Origin: Fonticula alba ATCC 38817
Lineage: Eukaryota; Protista; Nucleariida
Direction: 5' to 3' (one strand)
Assembly: GCA_000388065.2 (NCBI GenBank)
Contig: KB932207.1
DNA: 14,645 nucleotides
Positions 1 through 8,605 of this stretch are shown here, piece after piece (the stretch's first letter is position 1; every line of letters starts with the position of its first letter). Both the position numbers and the translations under genes were made by a program. A model generated the notes under the pieces. The model was not told the DNA's origin, ran no database searches, and was given only the letters and a program-made list of their open reading frames with translations.

Positions 1-75
1 GTCACAACACTTGCCCCGGCGGAAGGGGGCCTCCCCGGTCAAGCCCGGGTCCCGGAGGCACTCTACGCCCGTGAC

Positions 76-78
<3 letters not shown>

Positions 79-122
<44 letters not shown>
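79..122. repeat. (GT)22 microsatellite
   Basis: Read directly from the sequence. Confidence 0.95.
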
Positions 123-124
<2 letters not shown>

Positions 125-176
125 ATAGCCCGTCGCCAGCCGGCCTGGTCCCCCCCGGCTTCTGGCGGGGCCCAAG

Positions 177-1071
177 TCACCGGTCTCCGGTCGTGGAGTG
201 TGGTGGATGTCCAGACCGCGGGCCGTCTGGTGCACGCGCACGCCTGTGCGTTGGAGCGCGTGCGAGCCCGCCCCCCTCCTCTCCCAAGGCTCTTATCGGT
301 GTATTTTTCGGGCGCCCTCCGATGTGAGAGCCCTTCTCCTGGGTGGGAGGATGGCCTGGGGGGGGGGCCTGGCACACGGCGGTTGCCCTGGGTGTGGGAT
401 CCGCCGCCGTGGCGCCTCGGCCCGGCTGTTCCCCTTGCTGCCGTCTCTCCCTCACTCTCTCCCCCCGGGGGGGGGGGGCCTTCGTCTCGCTGCCTCGCCT
501 CCACCCGCGACTCGGCCGCCGCCTCCCCCGGCGTGGGCATCTTCGCCCCCTTGCTCCGGGGCGCGGCGCCGCTGACGACAGGGGCTCGCCGTTGTCCGCC
601 GTTGCGAGAGTTCCCCGCCCCTTCCCCTCGGGAGGAGCGCCCCACCAGACGGGGCGGGAGGGGGGGGGGCGGAATTTTTCGCCTCCAGCCAATAGCTGGC
701 CGGAGTCTGGGCGCCCCTTATTCCTGGCGTTGTCACCAGTACCCGGACGCGCGCGCGCGCCAAACGGCCAGTAATTTTCCGCCCCTCGCTGGGAGGGGGG
801 AGGGGGGGGGAGGGAACCTTTCACGCAAGGGTACGCGCCTCGTTCCCCTTCAGGGGCCCCTTTTGACGCTGCGAGACCCGGCAACAGACACCGCCGGTGA
901 GAGGCAAAGGGGCCCCCCAAGGGTAGGTCCCCCTCGAGAGAGGGGCCGGCGCTCCCGGCGTCGGTCCAATGAGCGCGGGGGGAGAGAGGGGCACCTCGCC
1001 TGCTGCCTGCGCCTTGCCCCGCGCTTCGAGCGCCCGCCTACGGCCCTGCGCACACGATGTGCTGTGGCCAT
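177..1071 (-). CDS. Weak candidate spliced ORF of unknown function
   Basis: ATG 1071 with a 16-nt exon, donor GTGTGC (1055), branch CTCAC, acceptor CAG (871-869), joining in phase 1 to an open frame ending at 177. The product is low-complexity and could be a GC artefact. Confidence 0.2.
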
Positions 1072-1810
1072 AGGCCCGGTCGGCCGGAGAGCCCCCGCAC
1101 CACCCGGGGCACGGGCAGGCGGGCGACAGACGGACCGCTCGCCCGGTTGCCTACCCGACTCGCTCCCTCTCGGGTCCCTGAGAGAGAGACGGGGGCAGGG
1201 GTGCGATGAGAGGGAAACGGCGGCCATTTGCACGGGGCGCAGGGCGACACGGGGATGCGTCGGGCGGGAAGCACGACCAGGCTCGTCGGCCCTCCTGCCG
1301 GGGGCCCGCTCGGGTGGGGGAGATGTCTCCACGCGCCTGCCTGTGGACAGGCTCAGACCAGGGGAAGGCAGTCAGGCCCGGGCCAGCTCCCGCCGCAGAG
1401 GGCGCCGTGCGCGGAAGTAGGCCAGGGCGGGGGGGCGGGGGGGCGGGGGGGCGAGGGAGCCGGGTTGCCATGCCATCGCGGCTCTCGAGCATTGGTCGGG
1501 GAGGGGCGGCCCGCGCCGACGCACACTACCTTTGGGAGACAGCGGCCAGTTGCCTCGAGCAAGCAGCGAGGAGGAGAGGGACCAAGAGACAGAGAGAAAG
1601 CCACCACTCGGGGGGGGGGGGGGAGGACAGCCGGGCGGCCGGGAGTGCGGAGCAAGGCCCGCCGGCGCGGGCGGGCGGGGGGGGGGGGGCGACCGCACCC
1701 CAGCTCGGGATGTTATTTCAGCCCCCTTGGTGGTGCCAGCTTTTCCCCTGCTGGCCACCACTTGTTTAGGTTTGGTTTGTTTTTCCTGCTTTTACAAGAA
1801 TTTCCTCAAA

Positions 1811-2648
1811 ATGGTTCGTCCTCCTCCCCTCCTCTCGCCTCTCCTCCGCGTGTGGCGAGGCGGCCGCCTTTGCCTGCCACTCCCCCCCCCCGCCCACCCT
1901 CCCACACACGTCAACACCACGAGACACCTATGGCTCTGGGCCACCTAGTCCCCCCTCCCCGCTTCCCTTCTCGCGCGTTCGCCCGCGTACCCGGTCGGAT
2001 GTTACTTTTATTTCCTGCATCTGACGTTCTCCCCCCCTCCCCTCCCCTCCCCCCCCCCGCCCGCGGCTGTCGTCCCCCGAAATCCAGTCCTCTGGTGTTG
2101 CTGTTTCCGACGATTGCGTCAACAAGTACAACGAGCTGAAGGTCGGCCGTCAGTACAAGTACATCTTCTACAAGATTTCCGAGGACTTCACCGTCGTCGA
2201 GGTCGAGAAGACCGGCTCCGCTGATGCCACCTACGACGATTTCCTTGCCGACATCAAGGCCATCCCCAAGGATGACTGCCGCTACGCTGTCTTCGACTTC
2301 GACTTCGACACCTCCGACGGTGGCAAGCGCTCCAAGATCTGCTTCTACGTCTGGTACGCGCTTGCATCCTCTTTTCGCCCCCGCACGCGCGCGCGCCCCC
2401 CCCCTCTAACGACCCCGTCTCCCCCGCCTCTCTCTCTCCACCGCCTCCCCCTCCCTCGGAAAAAAAACAACAACAACAGGGCCCCCGATACCGCCCGCAT
2501 CAAGAAGAAGATGATCTACGCCTCTTCCAAGGATGCCCTCCGCAAGAAGCTCATCGGCATCGGTGCCGAGATCCAGGGTACCGATATCTCTGAGGTCTCT
2601 GCCGAGTCTGTCTTCGACCGTGTCTCTCGTGGTCCCGGCAACCAGTAA
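1811..2648 (+). CDS. COF1: Actin-depolymerising factor / cofilin, 145 aa
   Basis: Exons 1811-1813 (ATG only), 2088-2353 and 2480-2648; GT-AG introns with branch-like CTGAC (2021) and CTAAC (2406). Product MSSGVAVSDDCVNKYNELK...YKYIFYKI...DCRYAVFDFDF...KICFYVW|APDTARIKKKMIYASSKDALRKKL...IQGTD carries the ADF-H hallmarks (SG start, RYAVFDF, W-x-PD, KMIYASSK). Phases join in frame. Confidence 0.97.
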
Positions 2649-3570
2649 GTGCGCCTAGAGAGCCCCCTCCCTCTCCCCTCTTTCTCTCCCCCTCCGTGCG
2701 CGCGCGCCCGCGCCGGCGGCCGGCCGAGGGCAGGCGGAAAGGGGGCCCCCCACGGTGTGTACGCGCGTCTCTCGCTGGCGTCCTCCCTTCCTCTCTCTCT
2801 CTCTCCCCGAGTGCGGCAGACAGAGAGGACCCCCCTCCCCCGGCGGGAGCGCGGAAAGGGACGCGTGTGGTGTGACATCTCGTGTAGATTCCCCCTCGTC
2901 TGGTTTTGTGTAGGGCCTCAGTCCATATGCGCTTCACATTACACTCCCCCTACTCTACCACATCTCCCTCCCCTCGCGGTTCTCTCTCTGTCTCTCCCTT
3001 GTGTGTGACGTGCGCGCGCGCGTCCTTGGCCATGTCCCTCTGTGTGTGGTAGTGGTGGCGGCGGCGGCGGTGGTGTATTCCTGGGGGGGGGGGGGGGCCT
3101 GCCCTCCTTCGGTGCAGCAGGTCCTTTCTCATCAATGGGTGGGCGACAGGGCGACGGGGCCTCAAGAAGTCCGGGGCGGCAGAGGGGGAGGGTGTTGTCG
3201 GAGGGCTGGCTTCCCCCGCCGCGCGCCTCCCCAGCGCCTCGCCCTCCCCTCTCCCCAAGCCAGCCCATGTGCACACGCATAGGGGTATGTATGTGTGCGG
3301 GCGCGCGCCCAGCGCCTCGGGGACGTGCCCGCACGGCGCTCGTCTGTGGCGGCCCTCGCCGACGCATGCATGCACGCGACGGCTGCGCGCACCCGTGAAC
3401 CCCCCACCCGCCGTCACCCCCGGAGTCGGGCCGCCCCGGCGGGAGTAGCACCACAGCACTGGTCCGGAGGCGCTGCTTCTGCTTTTACAGCGCCTCATGT
3501 GACTTCGCGTTGGCCCGGCGCGCCCAACCCTAACATCCGGGGCGCGAGCGCTCCTGCCAAAGCGCTGCCC

Positions 3571-3576
3571 ATATAT
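3571..3576 (+). promoter_or_regulatory. TATA-like element upstream of the tRNA gene
   Basis: ATATAT lies 23-28 nt upstream of the tRNA 5' end in GC-rich DNA, about where TBP/TFIIIB binds at Pol III genes. Confidence 0.4.
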
Positions 3577-3598
3577 GGACATATTTTGACCCGTAACC

Positions 3599-3723
3599 AT
3601 CGGTGTAGCTCAGTTGGTTAGAGCACGGTGCTTATACGAACTTACTGGTCGTATGCCTTTGGGACCCTACCCGGTCTCTTCTAAGCAACGCTGTGGTCGA
3701 GGGTTCGATCCCCTCCACCGGTA
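3599..3723 (+). tRNA. tRNA-Ile(UAU) with a 51-nt intron at 37/38 (3637-3687)
   Basis: Acceptor stem ATCGGTG/CACCGGT plus discriminator A; D arm GCTC-AGTTGGTTA-GAGC; anticodon stem CGGTG/CGCTG with loop CT-TAT-A; intron after position 37; T arm GAGGG-TTCGATC-CCCTC. Same layout as yeast intron-containing tRNA-Ile(UAU). Confidence 0.95.
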
Positions 3724-3726
3724 CTC

Positions 3727-3734
3727 TTTATTTT
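3727..3734 (+). terminator. RNA polymerase III terminator (T-run)
   Basis: TTTATTTT starts 4 nt after the tRNA discriminator base. Confidence 0.6.
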
Positions 3735-3932
3735 GGGTCACCAAAACACCGCCACCCTCGGGCCGTTCTCCGGGCGCGCCTACGCCGGCAAATGCGGGGG
3801 CGGGGGGCGGGGGGCTCTTCGCCACCGACCGCCTTTTCGCGGCCCCCCTCCGCCACATGCACGGGTGGCGTATCAGCTTTTTGTGTATTGTCCAGGGAGG
3901 GGGATGACCATGCAGCAGCGTAGCAGGCCGGC

Positions 3933-4113
3933 CTATCCGGCAAGATCCCACAGATAGTTGGTGACAAAGTGCGCGCTCTGCTGCGCCGTGTCCACGGAGA
4001 AGGGCCGGACCCGGCCCTTGAGGGAGATGTCTGAGCAGGGTGGAGCAGGTTAGCGTGAGGTCGTGTGCAGGTCCGGCGCGAGTGAGGATACCCACGCCCT
4101 GCTCTTTTCCGCC

Positions 4114-4148
<35 letters not shown>

Positions 4149-5039
4149 ACACACACACGTACGCCCGCTTAGCACCGATGTGCGCGCCTTGCCGGCTCGG
4201 TTCCGGCGTCGGAGAGACAGCTCGGACTCTGGCCCGGACCCTGGCCCCAAGCCGGGATCTTCATCGTCATCGCTGAGCACATCATCGCCATCAGGGACGC
4301 TATCCCACCGAATGTCCAGAATACTCTCGTAAAGCATCAACGAATAGCGCAGACGCGGATCGCTGTCCCGCGAGGCGGACATCGCCGCGCGCTTTTCGGC
4401 CCGTACCCGTGCCAGCTCGGCTGTCAGGTCGCGGATGCGATCTTCCGAGGCTCTTTCAGGGTGGGCGTATTTCCCCGCGTCCGAGTGGGCAGGACGGGAA
4501 AGGCACCGCCCGGGAGCAAATGAAACATGCGTGGAGGGAGGGAGGGAAGATGGTCAGTCGTGTCGCCGAGGCGGGGAGACAGAAAAGGAGGCGGCGGCGG
4601 CAAGAGAGAGAGAGAGAGAAACAGAGAGACAGAGGCAGAGAGAAACAGAGAAACAAAGGCAGAGGGAGACAGCGAGACGGAGAGAGGCGGGGCGGTGATG
4701 CGCTCCACACGTGCAAAATTAGACCCCGGGGGAAACGCACTGGCACAGTTGTTCGGTTTCCTCGATCTGTCGCGTCAGAGTCTCCAGCCGGCTTTCGGCG
4801 TCCTGCCGCGTCTTCTCTGCCTCGTCCCGGCGCTGGTCGACCTCCTGCGCCAGGAGCTCAATTCGCCGGTTGGCCTCATCAACGTGGCCGCGAAGGTTGG
4901 CCTCCAGCGCGGCACGTGCGCGCGCTTGCCCGGCCAACTTCGAGTGAACTTGCGCCGCTAGCTCGCGCTCCAGCGACGCTTCGGAGATCACGGCCACCGC
5001 CTCCTTCAGGACGTTCGCATAGGAGGTATAGTCCTCCAT
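3933..5039 (-). CDS. SPC24: Spc24-like kinetochore protein (Ndc80 complex): coiled coil plus C-terminal RWD domain, about 228 aa
   Basis: Exons 5039-4741, 4452-4163 and 4030-3933; donors GTGCGT and GTACGT, acceptors AAG and CAG, phases consistent. The N-terminal part is E/R/A/L-rich coiled coil. The C-terminus YSLMLYESILDIRWD...VLSGHISLKGRVRPFSVDTAQQSAHFVTNYLWDLAG* matches the Spc24 pattern (human ...LYHQVSKIEWD...VKG...PIHLDSTQLSRKFISDYLWSL). The ATG at 5039 is provisional because an acceptor-like tract precedes it. Confidence 0.8.
4124..4158. repeat. (CA)n microsatellite with one interruption, in Spc24 intron 2
   Basis: Read directly from the sequence. Confidence 0.9.
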
Positions 5040-5281
5040 GGCTACGGAGGGTGAAGGGAGAGAGGGACGGGGCGGGGGAGGGGGGCTGGGACTTCCTTCT
5101 CCTTGTATGCAAGAGAGAGAGACAAGTCAGGGGGGGGGGGACAGGTGAAGAAGGAGCAAACAATGTCCGGCGCCCTCGGGGTCTGGTCCAAGTGAAGGCC
5201 TTCTCGATCAAGGGATCTCCCCCCCCCCGGCCTCCCGGTCTCCCGAGTCGCCACGCCGCTTGATCGCGAGCCGGGTTCAAA

Positions 5282-6270
5282 ATGCACGGAGGGCGTAACG
5301 CCCAATCTGAGTGCCGGCGGACATGTCGGATCATGTGCCAACCCTTCAGGCATGCCAGACTGCGCCCCGGCGGCACACGCCGCCAATTCTCCCGCCCCCC
5401 CCCGCCCCTCCCTCCCCCACGCCCGATCGGGGCCGCCCACAAGCAAACAGGCCCGGGGGGGAGGAGGAACGGCGGGAAGAAACAAGCAGAAGAGGGCACA
5501 GCCAGAGCACACGGGGCCAGGGAGAGTTGGAGATAGCAAAGACAACGCCCACCCCTCCCTCCCACTCTGTCCTCCCGCTTGCCACCTGCCCCTCCCTTTG
5601 CCTTTGCCCTCCCCCGAACTTCGGAGTCCCCCCTCTCCCCGACCCCCCCGCCCCCCGCCCCCGTTCCTGGGCACCTCGTGTGTGACTCTTCTGCCCGCGC
5701 GCGCGCGTGCACGCTCGACAAAGCCACCGTGTCGACCGCTTCGCAGCAGCCACCCCCCCAGAGCCCCCTGGCGCCGTCGGTGCCCGGGAAACCGGGGGAC
5801 TTCATCGGCCCCGACGATCGGTACCGGCTGGTCTGCCTAGTTGGCAGTGGGACCTACGGCCGGGTGTACAAGGCCGTTGACCGGCGCACTGAGCTCGCCG
5901 GCCGGGCTTCCCCTGGGGATGCTGGGTCCCCGTCCGAGGCCGCGGCCCCGCCGTACGTGGCCCTGAAGCAGGTTCTCACGTCGGCCTCCCAGGCGACGGG
6001 AGCCCCGCCACCAAGCTCCAACAAGCCGGACCGCGCCGAAATGGAGGGGGTATGTGCTGGGCTGCTGCTCGCCCCCGCCCCTCTGGCCCTTTTCCGCCCC
6101 ATGCCCATGGAGCTAACATCCTCCTTGCCCAACCTCCGGCGCAGCTCCCCCTGGCGGCTTTTCGCGAGATTCGCACCCTCCAGCGCATCGCCCACGAGAA
6201 TGTGGTCCACTTGCATGAGGCCATCCTTCAGAATGGTTCGTCTCGGGGCTTCATGTTCCTCTCGACCTGC

Positions 6271-6307
<37 letters not shown>

Positions 6308-8033
6308 GCGCATCCGATGCCCCTCCCCCCCTCGAGGCTGACCTCTTCTCCACCGGCGCCTCTGCCCCCTTCCCATGCCCTTACAGATACCGTATATCTG
6401 GTCTTCGAATTCATGCCATACGACCTGTCCGGCATCCTGTCCAAGGTGGCTCAGGGCCAGCTTCTCCTGCGCGAAACACACATCCGCCGGTGGGCGCGGG
6501 ATCTTCTGAGCGGCGTGGCTTTCCTCCATGCGGCCGGCATGATGCACCGTGACATCAAGTGTGCGTCTGTCTATCACTTTGTCTTTCTTTCTCCCGCCCG
6601 CCCGCCCCTTCCTCTCGATCGTCGCTCCTACGTGAGACAATGGGCGCACACACACACATGCACACATGCACGAGACTCACGCATGCGGATGGTCGGCCAG
6701 CTGCCAACTTGCTGATTGACGCCCAGGGCCGCCTGAAGCTCGGGGACCTGGGCCTCTCGCGGTCTTTCTGCCATGCGGCCCTGCCCGGGAGTCCGCCACC
6801 GCCAAACCCCCCGGCATTGGTGGGGACCGGGCCCTCATCGGGGCCGACCACGCGCGCGCGGCCAAATGGAAAGCGCTCGCGTGGTGACGGGGCGCCCCCT
6901 GCCGCGCCGACCCCCGTCGATGAGGAGGAAGAGGAGGGCGAGGCCAGCGAGGAGGGGGCCATCCCCGACCTGTCGCCACCCCCGGCGGCCAAACGCCCCC
7001 GCTGCCCGGTGAGCTTCACCTCGCGCGTGGTCACCCTCGGCTACCGGCCGCCGGAGCTGCTGCTCGGGTGCATCGACTATGGACCGGAAATTGACCTCTG
7101 GAGCGTGGGCTGTGTGCTGGCCGAGATGTACTTTGCCTTGCCGGAGCCGCTGCGCCGGTCGGCCGACGGCAGCCGCGGCCCCGGCACTCCGGAGCCCGAG
7201 CACCCCGACCGCGATGATGCATTCGCCGCACCGACCACCCCTCGCGACATGTGGTCCCCCTTGCCCGGGGATCGCACCCTGCCGATCGCACAGCAGGGAG
7301 TCGCCGGGCCCTTCTTCCGCGGGGAAACCGAATTGGCCGTGCTGTTTGCCATCTGGAAGCGCTGCGGGGTTCCCACGGCCGAGGGGTGGCCCGAACTTCG
7401 AGACCTCCCCTACTGGGGCATGATGCCTCGGCCGCGGGCTGGCGACACCCATCCCGGGACTCTGGCCACCGAGCTGTCACAGTGCGTTCCCGCGGCCGAC
7501 CCCTGTCCGGCCCCTGTGGCCCGCGCATTCGTTTGGGATCCCCGCTTCATCGTTGCCTCTTCGCTTGCGCGCGCGCGCGCTCACCGGTGCCCCTCTTCCC
7601 TCCCCCCGCCCCCCTCCCCTAACCGCCATGGCTCTTCCCCTGGGCGCCAACACAGGATCGGCATCTCGTCCGTGGCACAGGAGCTCATTCAGGCGCTCCT
7701 GGTCCCGGCCCCGGCTCGGCGCTTGACCGCCTGCCAGGCGCTGGTCCACCCTTTCTTCCGCGGGCCAATCGCACCACAAGAGGAGTACGCGTGCCCTGTT
7801 TCTCTTGCCGGCTCCCCCCCCCCTCCATCCACATGCGAGGCGCAAGTGCCTGATCTTACCTTGCATCGCGATTGCTGACCCTCCCCGCCCCCACCCTCGC
7901 CTGCCTGCTTGCCCTCCGGGCGCATGTCCCTGCACATGTACGCGTCCACCGACGCACACACAGCATGCCCCTCCCCACTGAGGAGGTCCGATACCAGGAC
8001 CTCAAGCAGTCTTCCCGGCGGAGGGGGCCCTGA
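5282..8033 (+). CDS. Cyclin-dependent Ser/Thr kinase, CDK12/13-CTK1-CDKC / CDK9 class, about 527 aa
   Basis: Exons (5282-5294 provisional), 5724-6049, 6145-6235, 6387-6560, 6701-7481, 7656-7784 and 7964-8033. Motifs: [17 protein letters not shown]|LPLAAFREI (cf. PITAIRE), [17 protein letters not shown]|[47 protein letters not shown]. No in-frame ATG lies between 5540 and the kinase domain, so an upstream first exon is needed and its position is uncertain. Confidence 0.9.
6275..6304. repeat. (CA)15 microsatellite in a CDK intron
   Basis: Read directly from the sequence. Confidence 0.95.
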
Positions 8034-8605
8034 CCAGGCGAACGGTCGAGGAGAGGCAGCATTTGCTTGGCCAGGGGCAACCACACTCCGCCCCGCTCTC
8101 GCCAGGCTCTGCCCCCCCCCCCCCCCATCGAGGGAGACTAGACGCCGGCGCCTGTGCTCCCAACCTCCAAACAATAGAACATGTGACATAGCCGTGCTCC
8201 TCAAGAATTCGTGCTGATATCCGACTGCCAATGGTTCGGCGAGCGCGCGCGCACACACCGGCCCGAACGCGCTCCCCTGCCCAGTTTCCCCGCCTCCTCC
8301 CACGAAGGAAACCAGCCGCGGCTGACTGGCACTCTCGGGTTGGCCGCTCAGACTGAAGAGCCCGGCTCTCGATGGGCCCCCCCGGCGGCGCGGGGGCCTC
8401 CCGGCCAGAGACCCTCCCCTCCCCCCTCCCCCCTCGCCCCTCTCTCTCTCTCTCTGCTCCCATTCTTCGCCTCTTGCCAGTGTCAGACCCTACAACCGGG
8501 TGCCTCTTTTCCCTCTTTCGTTCTCCCCCCCCCCTCTCCCCCGCTTGGCTTTCGGTGCAGCTCTCCTCCCTGCCTCCCCCCGGCCCACCTTCACTCCGAG
8601 ACACC

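Noticed and set aside
1-327. Possible 3' end of a plus-strand gene (exons 1-70, 177-229, 289-327; ...GRLALIGVFFGRPPM*)
   Set aside because: The phases fit, but both donors (GTGACT, GTGCAC) break the local +5 G rule, both acceptors are AAG and no branch points are evident.
673-700. Sm-site-like AATTTTTCG followed by the hairpin CCAGC-CAATA-GCTGG (possible snRNA)
   Set aside because: The upstream sequence is poly-G with no U1/U2/U4/U5 features; a CCAAT-box promoter context is a simpler explanation.
11-1420. 469-aa plus-strand ORF
   Set aside because: It reads through a (GT)n microsatellite and poly-G runs, is dominated by R/P/G/A, and has no recognisable domain; expected by chance at this GC content.
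2950-3600. 216-aa minus-strand ORF starting at the tRNA 5' end
   Set aside because: It overlaps the tRNA promoter region, is low-complexity and has no supporting family motif.
4409-5263. 284-aa plus-strand ORF with an RERE stretch
   Set aside because: It is antisense to Spc24, and the charged run comes from an intronic (GA)n tract.
5579-5723. ORF-track start of the kinase at 5579
   Set aside because: The codon is TTG, and the segment has intron features (poly-C, GTGAC branch-like site, AAG acceptor at 5723).
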